The notes under the pieces are model-generated. The model did no database searches, was not told the origin of the DNA, and saw only the letters and a program-made list of their open reading frames with translations. 64,000 nucleotides of DNA, taken from NCBI GenBank assembly GCA_963748215.1, contig CAVVHS010000003.1, positions 128,001-192,000 on the forward strand. Direction: 5' to 3'. The DNA is from an uncultured Gammaproteobacteria bacterium. Its GTDB lineage: Bacteria; Pseudomonadota; Gammaproteobacteria; UBA9214. Below are positions 18,746 through 28,313 of this stretch, in pieces (position 1 is the stretch's first letter; every line of letters begins with the position of its first letter). The position numbers and the translations under genes are program-made.

Positions 18746-19135
18746 CTAGATCCGGGTGAAGACGTTTGTCACGCCCAGCAGTTCCAGGATCAGTAGCACG
18801 ATGAAAACAATGCCGATCACCGCGACGACGTTGCCACCTGCCGGCAGCTCCCGCATCCCGGTGGACAGTTGCGCCAGTTCTGCATCGGTGAGGGCGTTGA
18901 GGCGCACTTCCACGTCCGCAGGGTTGACGCCCAGGTCCAGCATCTGCGTTCTCACATCGTCCCGGGCCAGCACGTTCTGGATCTCGGTCATGTGCCGGTT
19001 GCGGGTATCGGCGGAGAGAATCTGATCGGTACCGACCAGGCCGGCGTAGGATGCGGCGGGGAAGGTGGTAAAGATGAAGTTGATCACCAGCATGAATATA
19101 CCGGCTTTTTTCCAGAGAACGGTTTGCATTGGCAT
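18746..19135 (-). CDS. PA2779-family protein
   Basis: LGVNPADVEVRLNALTDAELAQL..LPAGG plus hydrophobic C-terminus. Confidence 0.85.
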   Translation of the reverse strand: MPMQTVLWKKAGIFMLVINFIFTTFPAASYAGLVGTDQILSADTRNRHMTEIQNVLARDDVRTQMLDLGVNPADVEVRLNALTDAELAQLSTGMRELPAGGNVVAVIGIVFIVLLILELLGVTNVFTRI

Positions 19136-19683
19136 TTCCCTCGTGCGATGTTGATTGTTGCGGATCAGGTACAGACGATGAGTGACTCACCGGGATATTA
19201 GGGGTTTTCCCCTCGCGGAAGCAATGGTGGGGGTGAAGTTTCACGAACTGCCCGCCCGATGAGCTGACACCGTCGGTAGTGCGGGCAGCATGCAGCCCGC
19301 ACTATCACATAAAAACAGGAGGTAGATCCGGAAGGCAGCAAAGGTGCCGGAGCCGCTCGATCCCCAACCCGCGCCACCCCGGCAGTGGGGGGAGATTCCC
19401 AGCCCGGTTTTTTCGGCCGGGCATTTTCCATGCCGTATGTGGTGTTGCGGCCGACTCAAGTTCCCCGGCAACTATATTTTTTGAATGACCGGTTACCAGG
19501 CAGTAAACCGCCAGGACGTTTTCTTATACTCAGAGCGGTGTAACGCATGCTGCGGCGCCGGTTGAACCGGCACCGCGCATTACCCCGGGGACATTGACTC
19601 ACGCGTGCCCCGGGACCGGCATGCGGCGCACCACCGGGAAGCGCCGGCATGGTGTCCGGCATCCCAACCCCGAGGAGACTTTA

Positions 19684-20253
19684 ATGCGTGAAATATACAG
19701 TACTGCAAGCGGTATGCTGCTGGTATCGGCACTGGTGTTGACGGTAAATGTGCATGCCGAAAGCGTGGTGGCGCCAGCCACTGACGGGAAAATGATTGCA
19801 AGTGCGATGACCGCGGCGCCGGACGAGGTGGCGCAGAACGCCAGCATAGTGGCCATGGAGGCTGACGGCAGCATGCGCACCTTGCGCGCCGGCAGCAATG
19901 GGTTTACCTGCATGGCAGACAATCCGGCGACGCCCGGCCCCGACCCCATGTGCATGGATGAAAATGCCATGGCCTGGGTGCATGCCTGGGTTGCTCATGT
20001 CGCACCTCCGCAAGGCAAACCCGGCTTCATGTACATGCTGGCCGGTGGAACGGATGCCAGCAATACGGATCCGTATACCACCAAACCCGAGGGCAACAAT
20101 CACTGGATCAATACCGGTCCGCACGTGATGGTCGTGGGTGCCGATGCCAGCTTCTACGATCAGTATCCGAAGAGCGCTGACCCCGACACATCCGTTCCCT
20201 ACATCATGTGGGCGGATACACCTTACCAGCACATTATGGCGCCGGTGAAGTGA
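19684..20253 (+). CDS. Hypothetical secreted protein (Met/Cys/His-rich)
   Basis: GAGGAG RBS, signal peptide, GSNGFTC, DPMCMD, TGPHVM motifs. Confidence 0.85.
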   Translation: MREIYSTASGMLLVSALVLTVNVHAESVVAPATDGKMIASAMTAAPDEVAQNASIVAMEADGSMRTLRAGSNGFTCMADNPATPGPDPMCMDENAMAWVHAWVAHVAPPQGKPGFMYMLAGGTDASNTDPYTTKPEGNNHWINTGPHVMVVGADASFYDQYPKSADPDTSVPYIMWADTPYQHIMAPVK

Positions 20254-20260
20254 TCAACGT

Positions 20261-20300
20261 GGGCCGGATACAATTTCCATCAGAAAAAGTATCCGGCCCC
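20261..20300. repeat. Palindromic element, subfamily B
   Basis: GGGCCGGATAC...GTATCCGGCCC perfect 11-bp inverted repeat. Confidence 0.8.
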
Positions 20301-20312
20301 GTTATTACACAA

Positions 20313-20993
20313 CTACCTGGTCTTCTGAATGACGACGCGCGCAACCGGGTTGCGCCAGTCATAGAGTGCGGGTTCCAGGTTGCCAATGCCGTGAATACCG
20401 CTGTGAACATGCACGAAACCTTCGCCGCCCACGCCGGGTGAGCCGCCTGTACCACCACACACGGGGCCCGGGATGCTGATGCAAAGCTCGTCGTTGGGCT
20501 CGCTGCCGGCATCGTAGGCAGGGCCATACGCGACGCTGCTGCTGCGGCCATTCGGCAGCGGCAGGTTCTGGAACGAGAAGAAGGCATCATTGGTCGGGAT
20601 CAGCATGGAGGCCAGGGAAATGCGGTCGCGCGCTGATCCGGTCGTGATCTGGATGGTCACGGACACGCCGGGATCCAGCAGGCCGTCGGACGTGGCGGTG
20701 CTTCTGACGATCGGATTTGCGTCCAGGGCATCGTTCAATGGCACTGTGTCTCCGCCTTCGGCCAGGGCGGCCAGGGCTTCGCTCGCCGCCTCGCCGGCGT
20801 TGAACAACAGGTGATCTGCCGGCCGGTGACTGGCCACGAGAATGGGGGTAAAGGATACGCCCCGGGTCAGGTTGGTAATGGTGACATCGTAGGTATGGCC
20901 GCGACTGTAATCGGCAGCCAGGGCCGCAGTACCGAGTAATGCGGTTGCCAGCCCCGCCATGACGGATAAATGAGTTTTGAAGTTTGCTTTCAT
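20313..20993 (-). CDS. Secreted spondin-domain protein
   Basis: VTITNLT, LAEGGD, ASMLIPTNDAF, YDAGSEPNDE, VHVHSGI, DWRNPVA. Confidence 0.9.
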   Translation of the reverse strand: MKANFKTHLSVMAGLATALLGTAALAADYSRGHTYDVTITNLTRGVSFTPILVASHRPADHLLFNAGEAASEALAALAEGGDTVPLNDALDANPIVRSTATSDGLLDPGVSVTIQITTGSARDRISLASMLIPTNDAFFSFQNLPLPNGRSSSVAYGPAYDAGSEPNDELCISIPGPVCGGTGGSPGVGGEGFVHVHSGIHGIGNLEPALYDWRNPVARVVIQKTR

Positions 20994-21074
20994 CGTGTTC
21001 CTCCTGAAGAAATACTGACCATTGGCTGGGTCCGGGTTGCAAGCAGAGCCCGGGTATGCGCAATGAAAGACTAG

Positions 21075-21128
21075 TCTCGAGAGTTCACGGAACCATCCCG
21101 GAACTATCACAATTCGTTCACGAGATGA
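21075..21128. promoter_or_regulatory. Putative OmpR/PhoB-type operator (TCAC direct repeats, 11-bp period)
   Basis: TCTC 21075, TCAC 21085, TCCC 21096, TCAC 21107, TCAC 21118, upstream of the spondin gene. Confidence 0.55.
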
Positions 21129-21158
21129 AGTCGCGTGACTGGAGTCACGCTCCCGGAA

Positions 21159-21258
21159 CAGGATGCGCTATGCACGTGCGTGAAACGCACCCTGCTGTTA
21201 CGCTTTCCCGGGCAGGTGCGCTGTGTGCGCCATGCCCGGTGCGTGAAACGCACCCTGC
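21159..21258. repeat. Degenerate GTAG-type REP cluster
   Basis: GTGCGTGAAACGCACCCTG twice; related to the 45604-45777 REPs. Confidence 0.7.
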
Positions 21259-21362
21259 CGACCGCGGGACTGGCCCTGGTTCATGCATCACGGCCGTGAT
21301 ATTTGCGTGATAGCTGCCTGCTAGGCTGGCAATGGACGAACCACTGATCAGGGCGTATCAAC

Positions 21363-21452
21363 CGTCATGGCGAGGAATGGAATGACGAAGCAATCCCCGG
21401 CTGATTGATAAAGAAAGCTTTAACAGGTTGCTTCGCTTCGCTCGCAATGACG
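21363..21452. repeat. GTCATTGCGAG-type palindromic repeat
   Basis: CGTCATGGCGAGG...GACGAAGCAATC...GGTTGCTTCGCTTCGCTCGCAATGACG. Confidence 0.85.
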
Positions 21453-21516
21453 CCACAATCAGTGCTTCATAGGTCATTATTATGAATCTCCTGCCGCAAG
21501 GACTGTCTGTTTGAAC

Positions 21517-22239
21517 ATGACGAAGCGCATCCTGGTCATTGAAGACAACGCGGACATCGCGCGGCTGGTGATGGTGAACCTGAGCGGCAAGCAGTTGCTG
21601 GTCGAGCATGCGGCCGACGGCCGGGTCGGTCTCGAACAGGCGTTGACCGGACGCTTTGACCTGGTCATTCTCGACCTGATGCTGCCCGGTATCGACGGGC
21701 TGGATATCTGTCGCCGCTTGCGTGACGGGAAAGTCTTTACGCCGGTGCTGATGCTGACGGCGCGCACCTCGGAGCTGGACCGCGTGCTTGGCCTCGAGGT
21801 TGGCGCCGATGATTACCTGACCAAGCCGTTCAGCGTGCCGGAACTGGTGGCGCGGGTGAATGCCATGCTGCGCCGCGCCGGGCAGTACCAGCCTGCGGAG
21901 GCGATGCCGTCGGGCCAGCCGCTGCATTGCGGGGAGTTGCACATCGATCCGGATCTGCGCCAGGTACACATCGGCGGCCAGGCGGTCGAGCTGACTGCGC
22001 GCGAGTTCGATCTGCTCTGGCACTTTGCCAGTCATCCGGAACGGGTGTTCACGCGAGGTCAGCTGCTCGACAGTGTTTGGGGCTATGGCCATGCCGGCTA
22101 CGAACACACCGTCAATTCGCACATCAACCGCCTGCGCGCGAAAATCGAGCAGGATCCGGCCCGACCGCGTTACGTGCTCACCGTCTGGGGCGTTGGCTAC
22201 AAGTTTGCCTGCAGCGCAGCCGGGCAGGCGATGGCGTGA
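21517..22239 (+). CDS. OmpR-family response regulator
   Basis: ILVIED, LDLMLP, GADDYLTKPF, winged-helix TVNSHINRLRAKIE, TVWGVGY. Confidence 0.96.
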   Translation: MTKRILVIEDNADIARLVMVNLSGKQLLVEHAADGRVGLEQALTGRFDLVILDLMLPGIDGLDICRRLRDGKVFTPVLMLTARTSELDRVLGLEVGADDYLTKPFSVPELVARVNAMLRRAGQYQPAEAMPSGQPLHCGELHIDPDLRQVHIGGQAVELTAREFDLLWHFASHPERVFTRGQLLDSVWGYGHAGYEHTVNSHINRLRAKIEQDPARPRYVLTVWGVGYKFACSAAGQAMA

Positions 22240-23720
22240 TGCTGCGCACCCTCTACAGCCGGCTGGCACTGACCCTGTTTGTCCTGCTGTGCGTCGTCGG
22301 CGTGATCCTGATCCAGGTGATCGGGCGATCCAGCACGCTCTACCAGCAGGAGGTCGCGCAGAAGCTGAACCGTGATCTCGCCACGTACATCGTGGAGAAG
22401 CACCGGTTGTTCGAGGGTGCGGGCATCAACCGGCCTTCGCTGGATGCTTTGTTTGACCAGATGATGGTGATCAATCCGAGTATCGAGGTCTACCTGCTGG
22501 ATGCGGCCGGCATCATCCTCAGCTACAACGCACCGCCCGGCGCCGTGCAGCGCGAGCGCGTTGCGCTGGAACCGATTCGTGCCTACCTGTCAGGTGACGC
22601 ACGTTACCCCGTCCGGGGCGACGACCCGCGCAGCAGCACGGGCCGCAAGGTGTTCTCCGCGGCCGCTGTGCCGGGTGCCGCGGGCGTGCAGGGCTACCTG
22701 TACATCGTGCTCGGCGGCGAGCAGTACGAGCACGTTGCCGGGATGATCGGCAGCAGCTACATCCTCGACTCCGCGCTGGCAGTGTTGATGATTGCGCTGG
22801 TCACGGCGCTGGGTGGCGGTCTGCTGGTATTCGCCGTGCTCACCCGGCGCCTGCGCGTGCTCGGCAATGTCATGCGCCGCTACAGCGGCGAGCAGACCGA
22901 TGCGAGCGTTGCCGGGCGCTATCCGGGCACATCGGATGATGAAATCGATACCCTCGGTCGGCAGTTCAACGCCATGGCCGACAAGATCGGCACGCAGCTG
23001 GATACACTCAGGCGCATGGACAGCATGCGCCGCGAAATGGTGGCGAACATTTCGCACGATCTGCGCACGCCCCTGACCACGCTGCGCGGTTACCTCGAAA
23101 CGCTGGACCTGCAGCACGGCACGCTGGATGAACGGCAGCAGCGCGAATACCTGCAGACGGCACTCGCTCACAGCCAGCGGCTGGCCGACATGGTGGAGGA
23201 GCTGTTCGAGCTGGCGCGGCTGGATTCCTGCGAGTCGGTGGTGTACGCCGAACCGTTCTCGATGTGCGAACTGGTGCAGGACGTGTGCCAGAAATACCTG
23301 CTGCGTGCCCGCGAGAAATCCATCACGCTGGATGTCGACCTCAACCCGGACACGCCACCGGTGTACGGCGACATCGGCATGATGCAACGGGTGCTGGAAA
23401 ACCTGCTGGAAAACGGTTTGCGCCACACACCGGCTGGCGGTCGCATCCGCATCGGCGTGGATGTGGACTCCGGCAACGTCGTGGTGCAGGTGGCGGACAC
23501 CGGCTGCGGCATACCGGAAGAGGATATGCCGCGTATCTTCGAGCGCTTCTATCAGCGCGACAAGCACCGCTCGGGCAGTGACAACGCCGGACTCGGGCTG
23601 GCCATCGTGCGACGTATCCTGGAGCTGCACGGCAGCGTGATCCAGGTCAGCAGCGATCTCGGCAGGGGGACGACCTTTTCCTTCCGACTCCCCGCGGGGT
23701 CAGGGAGCGGAGTCAATTGA
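22236..23720 (+). CDS. Sensor histidine kinase (HAMP, HisKA, HATPase)
   Basis: SHDLRTPLT, NLLENG, DTGCGI, GLGLAI; start overlaps regulator stop. Confidence 0.96.
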   Translation: MMLRTLYSRLALTLFVLLCVVGVILIQVIGRSSTLYQQEVAQKLNRDLATYIVEKHRLFEGAGINRPSLDALFDQMMVINPSIEVYLLDAAGIILSYNAPPGAVQRERVALEPIRAYLSGDARYPVRGDDPRSSTGRKVFSAAAVPGAAGVQGYLYIVLGGEQYEHVAGMIGSSYILDSALAVLMIALVTALGGGLLVFAVLTRRLRVLGNVMRRYSGEQTDASVAGRYPGTSDDEIDTLGRQFNAMADKIGTQLDTLRRMDSMRREMVANISHDLRTPLTTLRGYLETLDLQHGTLDERQQREYLQTALAHSQRLADMVEELFELARLDSCESVVYAEPFSMCELVQDVCQKYLLRAREKSITLDVDLNPDTPPVYGDIGMMQRVLENLLENGLRHTPAGGRIRIGVDVDSGNVVVQVADTGCGIPEEDMPRIFERFYQRDKHRSGSDNAGLGLAIVRRILELHGSVIQVSSDLGRGTTFSFRLPAGSGSGVN

Positions 23721-24159
23721 TCGAAGGCCTGTCACCGCCTTTTCGGATAACGCAAAGTCTGCAGTGTTTGCCGAAGTCCTGATGGCGGCGCACGGCATTC
23801 TTCATGGCGAGGCGCCGGGCCATGTAATCGATTCGGCAATCCACCGGCTTGATCAAAACAGGTGACTTTATCGGCGCAATGGACAGGACGGTGCCGGGCG
23901 TGTTTGCCCGCTGGTACCAAAGGACAATATACGGGTGCTGCTGCTGCCGCTATCGTATTAACCGTGGCACACATAATAAGTCTCCTCCCAATAAGCCACT
24001 TTCACACCCCGCTCATGGATGACGCGGGGTGTGTTTTATTGTGCCGGTAGTGGCAACGCCCGACGGAATAAATGAAAATGGCGCCTGGGCGCCAGTCATC
24101 CGGACATCCGCCCTATCCGGAATGGTGTGCGCAGCAACTCGCTGACAGGGAACCCCCGC

Positions 24160-24876
24160 ATGCAGGAACATAGCAGAACCGCATCATTCATCCTGGGCCT
24201 GTCCATCTTCCTCGGCCTGCTTGCCCTGGGTTATCTGCTGGGTGAGGCGGCGATCAGCTTCAAGGAGTACGAACGGAGCGTGACGGTCAAGGGCCTGTCG
24301 GAGCGCGAGATCGACGCCGATATCGTCATCTGGCCGATCCAGTTCACCGCGGCCAGCAACGATCTGGCCGAACTGTATGGTTCCATCGAGGCCAGCACCA
24401 CCCGGATCCGGGGATTCCTGGAGGCAAGCGGCTTGACGGCGGATGAAATCAGCGTGGCGTCTCCCACCATTACCGACAAGTCAGCGCAGCAATACGGCGA
24501 GAAACGGGCCGAGTTCCGCTACGCGGCGGTGCAGACAGTCACCGTCTATACGAACAAGATCGTGACCGCACGAGCGGTCATGGCCAGGCTGTCCGAACTG
24601 GGCAAGCAGGGCATCGTGTTTTCCGGTGCCAACTACCAGGCCCGGACGGAGTACCTGTTCACCCGCCTTAACGAGGTCAAGCCGGCAATGATCGAGGAGG
24701 CGACGCGCCAGGCGCGGGAGGTTGCGGAGAAATTCGCGGCCGATTCACAAAGCACGCTGGGAAAGATCAGGCGCGCTTCGCAGGGGCAGTTCAGCATTTC
24801 GGACCGGGACCAGAACAACCCGCAAATAAAAAGAGTGCGGGTGGTCTCGACGGTGGAATACTACCTGTCGGACTAA
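24160..24876 (+). CDS. SIMPL (DUF541) domain protein
   Basis: RSVTVKGLSERE, ASQGQFSI, KRVRVVSTVEYYL. Confidence 0.92.
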   Translation: MQEHSRTASFILGLSIFLGLLALGYLLGEAAISFKEYERSVTVKGLSEREIDADIVIWPIQFTAASNDLAELYGSIEASTTRIRGFLEASGLTADEISVASPTITDKSAQQYGEKRAEFRYAAVQTVTVYTNKIVTARAVMARLSELGKQGIVFSGANYQARTEYLFTRLNEVKPAMIEEATRQAREVAEKFAADSQSTLGKIRRASQGQFSISDRDQNNPQIKRVRVVSTVEYYLSD

Positions 24877-24955
24877 ACGATAATCCGGAAATTCAAGGTT
24901 CCTGCCGCAAGCTGTCATTGCCCGTGATGGCCGTGTTTCTATATATTTCCGCCTC

Positions 24956-25252
24956 ATGGGTGTGTTCAGCATGCCGATCCGGGCCGTGTGCGAGTCAATG
25001 TACACGTCTGAAACCGGCCCCATGATGACGGCGCTGAACGTCCTTTTCACCCGCCTCACCGTTCTCGTTGTTGCAGACCACATCACCACCACCCAGCCGA
25101 CCCCGGTCCCGGACTGGGCGCAGTTCGGACAGATTCAGCCCGGGAGGTCGCGCGTCAAGGCGATCTGCGATCTCGTCCACGGGCATCCCGTCTTCGGCTG
25201 CCGGCATGCCCGGGTGGCCGCGCCTGGTGCAATCAGACGGCAGGGAGTGTGA
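24956..25252 (+). CDS. Possible hypothetical protein or remnant
   Basis: 98-aa ORF with partly protein-like stretch (AICDLVHGHPVFGC); no family recognised. Confidence 0.3.
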   Translation: MGVFSMPIRAVCESMYTSETGPMMTALNVLFTRLTVLVVADHITTTQPTPVPDWAQFGQIQPGRSRVKAICDLVHGHPVFGCRHARVAAPGAIRRQGV

Positions 25253-25317
25253 CAAATCGCATTCATTTCCTTATCGTTCCACCAGCAACCAACACTTACT
25301 GATCGAGGACGAGCCCG

Positions 25318-26427
25318 ATGAAAGCAAAAGCCGCCGTTGCCTGGGAGGCAAAACAGCCCCTGTCGATTGAAATGATCGATGTCGAAGGCCCAAAACAGGG
25401 CGAGGTGCTGCTCAGGGTCATCGCCTCGGGTGTCTGCCATACGGATGCGTTCACCCTGTCCGGTGACGATCCCGAAGGCGTGTTCCCGGCCGTGCTGGGC
25501 CACGAGGGCGGCTGCGAAGTGGTGGAGTGCGGTCCCGGCGTCAAGGGCCTGCGGCCGGGCGATCACGTGATACCGCTGTACATACCCGAGTGCGGTGAAT
25601 GCGAGTACTGCCGGTCAACAAAGACCAACCTGTGCCAGTCCATTGCCTCCACGGTGTGGACCGGCTTCATGCCCGACGGCACGCGGCGCTTTTCCATGAA
25701 CGGCAAGCCGATTTACCACTACATGGGCTGCTCGACGTTTTCCGAATACACTGTGGTCCCGGAGATCGCCCTGGCCAAGATCAACCCGGCGGCGCCGCTG
25801 GACAAGGTCTGCCTGCTGGGCTGCGGTGTCACCACCGGCATCGGCGCGGTGGTTAACACGGCAAAGGTTGAACCCGGTTCCACGGTGGCGGTATTCGGCC
25901 TCGGCGGTATCGGCCTGTCCTGTATCCAGGGCGCCGTGATGGCCGGGGCGGAACGCATCATCGCCGTGGATATCAATCCGGGCAAGTGGGACATGGCCCA
26001 GGCGCTGGGCGCGACGGATTTCGTCAACCCGAAGGAATTGAGCGGCAGCGTCAGGGAAGCCATCGTGGAAATGACCAGTGGCGGTGTCGACTATTCCTTC
26101 GAATGCATCGGCAATGTGCACGTGATGCGCGAGGCGCTGGAGTGTACCCACATGGGCTGGGGCGTCTCGACCATCATCGGCGTGGCCGGCGCCGGCCAGG
26201 AAATCAGCACCCGTCCCTTCCAGCTGGTCACCGGCCGCACCTGGAAGGGCACTGCGTTCGGCGGTGTGAAGGGACGCACCGAGCTGCCCGGCTACGTGGG
26301 CCGCTACCTGGGTGGTGAAATCGAGCTGGACAGGATGGTGACCCACACCATGCCGCTGGAGGATATCAACCGGGCCTTCGACCTGATGCACAGCGGCGAA
26401 AGCATCCGCTCCGTGATTATCTTCTAG
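25318..26427 (+). CDS. frmA: S-(hydroxymethyl)glutathione dehydrogenase / class III ADH
   Basis: [45 protein letters not shown]. Confidence 0.97.
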   Translation: MKAKAAVAWEAKQPLSIEMIDVEGPKQGEVLLRVIASGVCHTDAFTLSGDDPEGVFPAVLGHEGGCEVVECGPGVKGLRPGDHVIPLYIPECGECEYCRSTKTNLCQSIASTVWTGFMPDGTRRFSMNGKPIYHYMGCSTFSEYTVVPEIALAKINPAAPLDKVCLLGCGVTTGIGAVVNTAKVEPGSTVAVFGLGGIGLSCIQGAVMAGAERIIAVDINPGKWDMAQALGATDFVNPKELSGSVREAIVEMTSGGVDYSFECIGNVHVMREALECTHMGWGVSTIIGVAGAGQEISTRPFQLVTGRTWKGTAFGGVKGRTELPGYVGRYLGGEIELDRMVTHTMPLEDINRAFDLMHSGESIRSVIIF

Positions 26428-26456
26428 GAATTCTCGAGCATCCCGGGGGCTTTCAA

Positions 26457-26767
26457 ATGCTGAAACAGAGCGAAAGTATCCAGGCATTCGGCGGCTGGTT
26501 GATCCGCTGCCGGCATCCGTCCACGAGCTGTCAGTGCAGCATGACCTGATCAGTGTACCTGCCACCGCAGGCCGAAACGGCAAAGGTCCCTGCCGTCTAC
26601 GGCTGTCGGGCCTGAACCGCACCGATGCGAGTTCCTGGCCGAACAGCTGTACTCGCAGGATATGCAGGTGGCCTACGCAGGGAAGGCTACGACCACAGCT
26701 TCCATTTCGTCACGTTCATCGGCAAACAGCCGGCCTGGCATGCCAGGGCGCTGCAGGGATAGCTAAC
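26457..26767 (+). pseudogene. fghA: S-formylglutathione hydrolase remnant
   Basis: AFGGWL...MT*SVYLPPQA...LSGL then EGYDHSF; TGA at 26547, frameshifts, large internal deletion. Confidence 0.85.
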
Positions 26768-26811
26768 TGTGCAGTGAAAAGGCAGTCAGGCTCCTCACAG
26801 CGAAGCCTGCT

Positions 26812-26910
26812 TCAGAAGCCGGTCTTGTCCATGACCAGTATTGCTGCCGGGATCAGGGCCGCGATAAATATCAGTGCCCCGCAGATGGATGAGTAGATCG
26901 TCCGTATCAT
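26812..26910 (-). CDS. 32-aa hydrophobic microprotein (family 1, copy 2)
   Basis: MIRTIYSSICGALIFIAALIPAAILVMDKTGF*; G6 SD. Confidence 0.7.
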   Translation of the reverse strand: MIRTIYSSICGALIFIAALIPAAILVMDKTGF

Positions 26911-27351
26911 CGACAGGTCCCCCCTTGTCCAGATGGTGATGTCATGCCGCTGCCCGGGTCAATCCAGCGTAAGGCGGCTGGAGTCGTCCCGACCCCGCCG
27001 GGTATGCCGGTATTTCGGCTAACCGGGCTAACTGTATTCTGCAAATAACATGCCAGAAACCCGATTTCTGTAAGTGGTTCATTCACAAGCGCAAGTGAAT
27101 AGGCGTGCCGGCGCGGCACACCGCATGCTGCGCTCAACTGGTGCATGCCGGTCGCTAACGCACCAGATTAACGCCGATCGGGTGGCAGACGAAGGTGCCG
27201 GCCGGTTTGGGGAATGCAGGTCTGTCGTCCTGGAAACGGCGCTGGCAATGCATGTTTTGGAGTGTCTGCCCGGGCCATGTGCGAGAGCGACCACGGGTAC
27301 TTCCCGGTACAGCGTGCTCGCACTCACGTGATTTACGAATTAATCAGAGAG

Positions 27352-28162
27352 TTACTGGAAGTAAAATCCGCCGTTTTTCCTGCAGGGTGCATGCGCCTTG
27401 TTCAGAACCGTGCCTGCAAGATGGTCGCTGCCGATCATCTCGACGGCGAGTTCCGTATCCTGTTTCGTCGTGACGCCATCCTCGATGACCAGCAGGGTGG
27501 TGTCCGCCTGCCGGGCCAGGGAAGCTGCCTCGGTCGATGCCAGTACCGGGGGCAGGTCAGAGATAACGATGTGGTTGTGCGCACGTGTCTTCAGGTCCAG
27601 GGTGAGCTGTTTCATCTGTCGCGAATTCAGCGGCCCGTATGAATCGTGCAGCGGTTCTCCGCCCGGCAATATCAGCAGCTCGTCGAAGTGAGCGGACCTG
27701 ATGAGCAGTTTTTCCACGGCCACATCATCAGCCAGGTAGTCGCCCAGTACCCAGCCTTCCGGAAGTACCAGATGTCCCAGTACCGCGCGCTGGCGCAGGT
27801 TGATGGCGGTGAGTGTCTTACCCGCGCCTTCGCGCGCGCTGGTGATGGCGAGACTATTCCAGCTGTTTTCCCTGAAGCGGCGCAGGACCTGCGTGCGCAG
27901 CAGGTGACAGGGCTACGCGAAGGGGCCGGGTGCGTTACCGGTCAGGACATGGTTTTTCACGTAATACGCCGGTATCGAGCGTGACGGACTGAGCCTGTGA
28001 ATAATCGATCCTGAACTGCCCGGCGCGCGGCGGACCGGCTGGTGCTGGCGGCACATCGTGCCTGGCCGTGTCCGATCGCCAGAGGTCTGCCGCGGTTTGC
28101 ATCATGTGTTGCACAGGCATATCCGTGTCAAGGTTCCTGTTGGCTGTTTCGGGGCCGTGCAT
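27352..28162 (-). pseudogene. CpsD/CapB-like tyrosine kinase (EPS), frameshifted
   Basis: AITSAREGAGKTLTAIN Walker A, DLPPVL, GTVLNK spread over different frames. Confidence 0.8.
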
Positions 28163-28313
28163 ATGCCGGCCTTCTAGTTGCCGGCCCCCGCCTGTTATTG
28201 CGTGCATAGGTGTATGCGGCTGGTAACAGTCTGTTCACGTATCAGCGCCGGCATGCGCACTACCATCACCGGTATCGACAGGAACCCGGTGCTCCGGTCG
28301 CAGGTTTCCGGCC

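Noticed and set aside
19321-19350. SRP RNA-like motif AGATCCGGAAGGCAGCA
   Set aside because: Mismatches in the conserved CAGG/AGCAG internal loop and no long enclosing helix.
26547-26549. Selenocysteine TGA in fghA
   Set aside because: Aligns to Phe of the MxFSVYLPP motif, not Cys, and the gene is otherwise broken.
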